Under the pieces are notes generated by a model that was not told where the DNA came from, did not search any database, and was given only the letters and a program-made list of their open reading frames with translations. The translations under genes were made by a program, and so were the position numbers. This document shows, in pieces, positions 61,679 through 64,000 of a stretch of DNA of 64,000 nt. The first letter of the stretch is position 1. Each line of letters opens with the position of its first letter. Origin of the DNA: an uncultured Azospirillaceae bacterium (lineage in GTDB: Bacteria > Pseudomonadota > Alphaproteobacteria > Rickettsiales > UBA3002); NCBI GenBank assembly GCA_964352815.1, contig CAYGTO010000003.1, positions 69,015 through 133,014 of the forward strand, in the 5' to 3' direction.

Positions 61679-62905
61679 CTATTTCGCCACAATATCGGCC
61701 TGCAACGCCCCTGCAGACTTAATGGTTTGTAAAATCGTAATCAGGTCGCGCGGCCCAACACCAAGTGAATTCAATCCCGCCACCAAGTCACGTAGCGTTG
61801 CACCGGTCTCAAGGACTGTTAAACGTTGATTATTATCTTCATCCACTTCAATGTCCGTGCGAGGGACCACTTCCGTTGTCGCGCCCTCCGGCGCAAATGG
61901 ATTAGGCTGCGACACTTGCGGCGTCTCTTCGATTTTCACCACAAGATTCCCCTGTGCCACTGCAACCGTATCAATCCGAACATTCTCACCCATCACAATT
62001 GTTCCCGTTGCTTCGTCGATCACGACGCGTGCGGCTTGATCCGTCTGCACGGTGAGCCTTTCAATGTCTGCCACCAGGCCAGCCACATCCCCTAAATAGG
62101 ATGGCGGCACCGTCAAACTTACGGTTCCCGGATCTACCGCGCGCGAAGCGCCTGGACCAATTTGCCGGTTAATCGCGTTCGCAACATTCTTCGCAGTGGT
62201 AACATCAGGATTACGTAGTGCGAGGGTCACTTGACGCAAATCATTCATTGCAAAGGCAATCTCACGCTCTACAATGCCACCATTCGCAACAAAGCCGCTC
62301 GTGGGCACTCCTTTTGTAATATTGGAACCGGACCCCCCTTCATCAGCACCCCGTCCAGCCGAAAAACCACCGATCGCAATCGGCCCTTGCGCCACAGAAT
62401 AGATATTTCCATCCGCCGCATAAAGCGGGGTCGCCAAAAGTGTTCCGCCCAACAAGCTGCTTGCATCACCCAACGCACTGACGGACACATCGATGGTGCT
62501 TCCACCACGTGCAAATCCCGGCAACCGCGCGGTCACTGAAACCGCTGCGACATTGCGTGAACGAAGCTGCGTTAATCCACGCGCATTCACCCCTTGGCGC
62601 TCCAAAAAGGCGAGCAAGCTTTGTTCGGTAAAGGCATTGTTTTGGAGACGATCCCCCGTACCGCTAAGGCCCACCACAAGGCCATATCCCATCAGAATAT
62701 TATCACGCACCCCTTCCACTTCGACGATATCCTTAATTCGCGCAGCATTGGCCGAAGCGGCAAAAAATACCGTTAGCAGCAAGGTAAAGAGGGCAAAAAA
62801 TGCGGATGCATGCGTGACAAGGCGATGGACAATCGCCTCATTTCTCAGTCGTTTACGTTCTTTTTCTCGAATTAACGTCGTCATAATCTGTCTGCCGGTG
62901 TTCAT
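61679..62905 (-). CDS. flgI: flagellar P-ring protein FlgI
   Basis: Signal peptide, then ARIKDIVEVEGVRDNILMGYGLVVGLSGTGD... Confidence 0.9.
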   Translation of the reverse strand: MNTGRQIMTTLIREKERKRLRNEAIVHRLVTHASAFFALFTLLLTVFFAASANAARIKDIVEVEGVRDNILMGYGLVVGLSGTGDRLQNNAFTEQSLLAFLERQGVNARGLTQLRSRNVAAVSVTARLPGFARGGSTIDVSVSALGDASSLLGGTLLATPLYAADGNIYSVAQGPIAIGGFSAGRGADEGGSGSNITKGVPTSGFVANGGIVEREIAFAMNDLRQVTLALRNPDVTTAKNVANAINRQIGPGASRAVDPGTVSLTVPPSYLGDVAGLVADIERLTVQTDQAARVVIDEATGTIVMGENVRIDTVAVAQGNLVVKIEETPQVSQPNPFAPEGATTEVVPRTDIEVDEDNNQRLTVLETGATLRDLVAGLNSLGVGPRDLITILQTIKSAGALQADIVAK

Positions 62906-62933
62906 GTTCTGTTTTTACTTTACACTCATGCGA

Positions 62934-62949
62934 TGCTAAAATCGTGCCA
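62934..62949 (-). promoter_or_regulatory. sigma-54 promoter for the flgI operon
   Basis: The minus strand reads TGGCACGATTTTAGCA (TGGCAC-N5-TAGCA, correct GG/GC spacing). It lies 29 nt upstream of ATG 62905. Confidence 0.7.
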
Positions 62950-63052
62950 AGCAGCGTAATCACTCACACATATTGATCGTTCGATTGCAGGAGTCTTCGC
63001 AATCCGGTATAGTTTGCTTAGAGATCAACCCAGCGGCGATAAGGAATTAATC

Positions 63053-63493
63053 ATGCGTGTGGAAGGCCCAAGTAGTGGGGCAAAAGTCGACAAGAAAAAG
63101 CTAAAGAAGTCAGCGGCTTCCGGCTTCGGCGCAGCGCTTGATGAGGCCGCAGGGGCCAGCGATAGTGTAGCGACACACTCAACGGATGCACTTGCCCAAA
63201 CGCACGCCGTTGATGGTCTGCTGAGCCTTCAGGAAGTTGAAGGAGATGCCCAAGGCCGCAAAGCCGCATACCATCAAGGCATGAATACGTTAGACGCGCT
63301 CGATGAGCTACGCATGGGCCTTCTTTTAGGAACGATCCCATCATCCCTATTGGGGCGCATTCAATCGAACGTGATCCACCAAAAGCAGATCACTACAGAC
63401 CCGAAAATGCGTGCGCTGCTGGATGATATCGAGCTTCGCGCCGCAGTAGAAATCGCTAAGATTGAGATGTCTCGTCCGGAGAGCCATTTATGA
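63053..63493 (+). CDS. fliX: flagellar assembly regulator FliX
   Basis: It is divergent from flgI, as in Caulobacter. ...LLSLQEVEGDAQGRKAAYHQGMNTLDALDELRMGLLLGTIP...DPKMRALLDDIELRAAVEIAKIE matches my recollection of the FliX C-terminus. ATG 63053 has an AAGGA SD. Confidence 0.7.
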   Translation: MRVEGPSSGAKVDKKKLKKSAASGFGAALDEAAGASDSVATHSTDALAQTHAVDGLLSLQEVEGDAQGRKAAYHQGMNTLDALDELRMGLLLGTIPSSLLGRIQSNVIHQKQITTDPKMRALLDDIELRAAVEIAKIEMSRPESHL

Positions 63494-63903
63494 AATTCAT
63501 GCTCAACGGCAAACTCTGCTTAAAATCCAGAGACTTACTCAAATGGAACATCCAAGATTTATCGCAGCATTCCGGGGTTCCGACCAACCTGATCGATAAG
63601 TTTGAGAAAGGACGCCAAAACCTCCGACGCAATGAGAATATGCAGCTCAAAGAGACGTTTGAAGATAATGGCATCCATTTCCCATCACCAACGGAAGCCT
63701 ATCTTTCGGATGAAAAGAAGAAGCACTATGCAAAACGCGAGGTATATGGCCCGCCCACCTATGACCAACTTCTGTCGGCAAAAGCGGCGAGCAAGGATGT
63801 GCTAGAGCGGATTAAAGCTAAGAAACAGCTTCAGAAATTCCGCACCCCCAGTTCACGCTATGCCTCCTCTTCAGCTGCAAATACTAGCGACACATCAGGA
63901 TAA
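63490..63903 (+). CDS. hypothetical protein with N-terminal HTH-like segment
   Basis: ATGA overlap with the fliX stop. LKSRDLLKWNIQDLSQHSGVPTNLIDKFEKGRQNL resembles an XRE/Cro-type helix-turn-helix. Confidence 0.45.
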   Translation: MKFMLNGKLCLKSRDLLKWNIQDLSQHSGVPTNLIDKFEKGRQNLRRNENMQLKETFEDNGIHFPSPTEAYLSDEKKKHYAKREVYGPPTYDQLLSAKAASKDVLERIKAKKQLQKFRTPSSRYASSSAANTSDTSG

Positions 63904-64000
63904 GGTGAGAAAAACCGCATTATGTCTTGATCAGTATGCCGGGATCGGCTATTTGCCTTATATTTAAACCATGCGGAGCACGAGCAAATGGCAGTTAAAC

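Noticed and set aside
1-64000. tRNA, rRNA, tmRNA, RNase P RNA and transposase genes.
   Set aside because: I scanned the intergenic regions for T-loop (GGTTCGAATCC-like) and other hallmark strings and found none. No ORF shows DDE, HUH or serine-recombinase motifs. Absence cannot be proven by eye.

Overview
This is a 64-kb chromosomal segment with about 50% GC. Its gene content and synteny look alphaproteobacterial: the tkt-gap-pgk-fba-thiE cluster, the zauP-like/zapA/6S/5-FCL group, aroK-aroB, dnaG-rpoD, a long NrdJ, NDUFA12-like/MlaD/DUF2155, and divergent fliX-flgI. All product calls come from reading motifs in the supplied translations; no database search was possible.

The window is mostly housekeeping. 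It holds central carbon metabolism, folC, dcd, efp, PBP1A, cyaY, an ABC exporter, four secondary transporters (BCCT, DASS, APC, AGCS), and a flagellar block (flgI, flgJ rod-binding, an unknown gene, fliW, fliK, fliX). I saw no rRNA, tRNA, CRISPR array, transposase or prophage.

The signals most worth a second look:
1. A family of structured palindromic (MITE/REP/RPE-like) elements with GTCAT...ATGAC termini. I count at least 10 copies in two or three size classes. Their internal hairpins differ in sequence but stay perfectly self-complementary. One copy sits in frame inside thiE. Another encodes the last 44 codons and the stop of an orphan gene. Others supply start or stop codons or bracket single genes.
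2. A sigma-54 centred module: an NtrC-type activator, a divergent gene for a pseudo-receiver protein behind a near-consensus -24/-12 promoter, and a downstream P1B-type ATPase homologue in which most of the catalytic signature motifs are altered.
3. RpoD carrying a roughly 195-aa histone-H1-like Lys/Ala/Pro N-terminal extension.
4. A receiver domain fused to a kinase-less DHp module with Tyr at the phospho-His position.
5. An SLT-TM-M15 double cell-wall hydrolase.
6. A probable 6S RNA in the conserved zapA/5-FCL slot, and a 45-codon lipoprotein sORF missing from the ORF track.
7. Two near-consensus sigma-54 promoters for flgI and fliK, and a fliW with no csrA in view.
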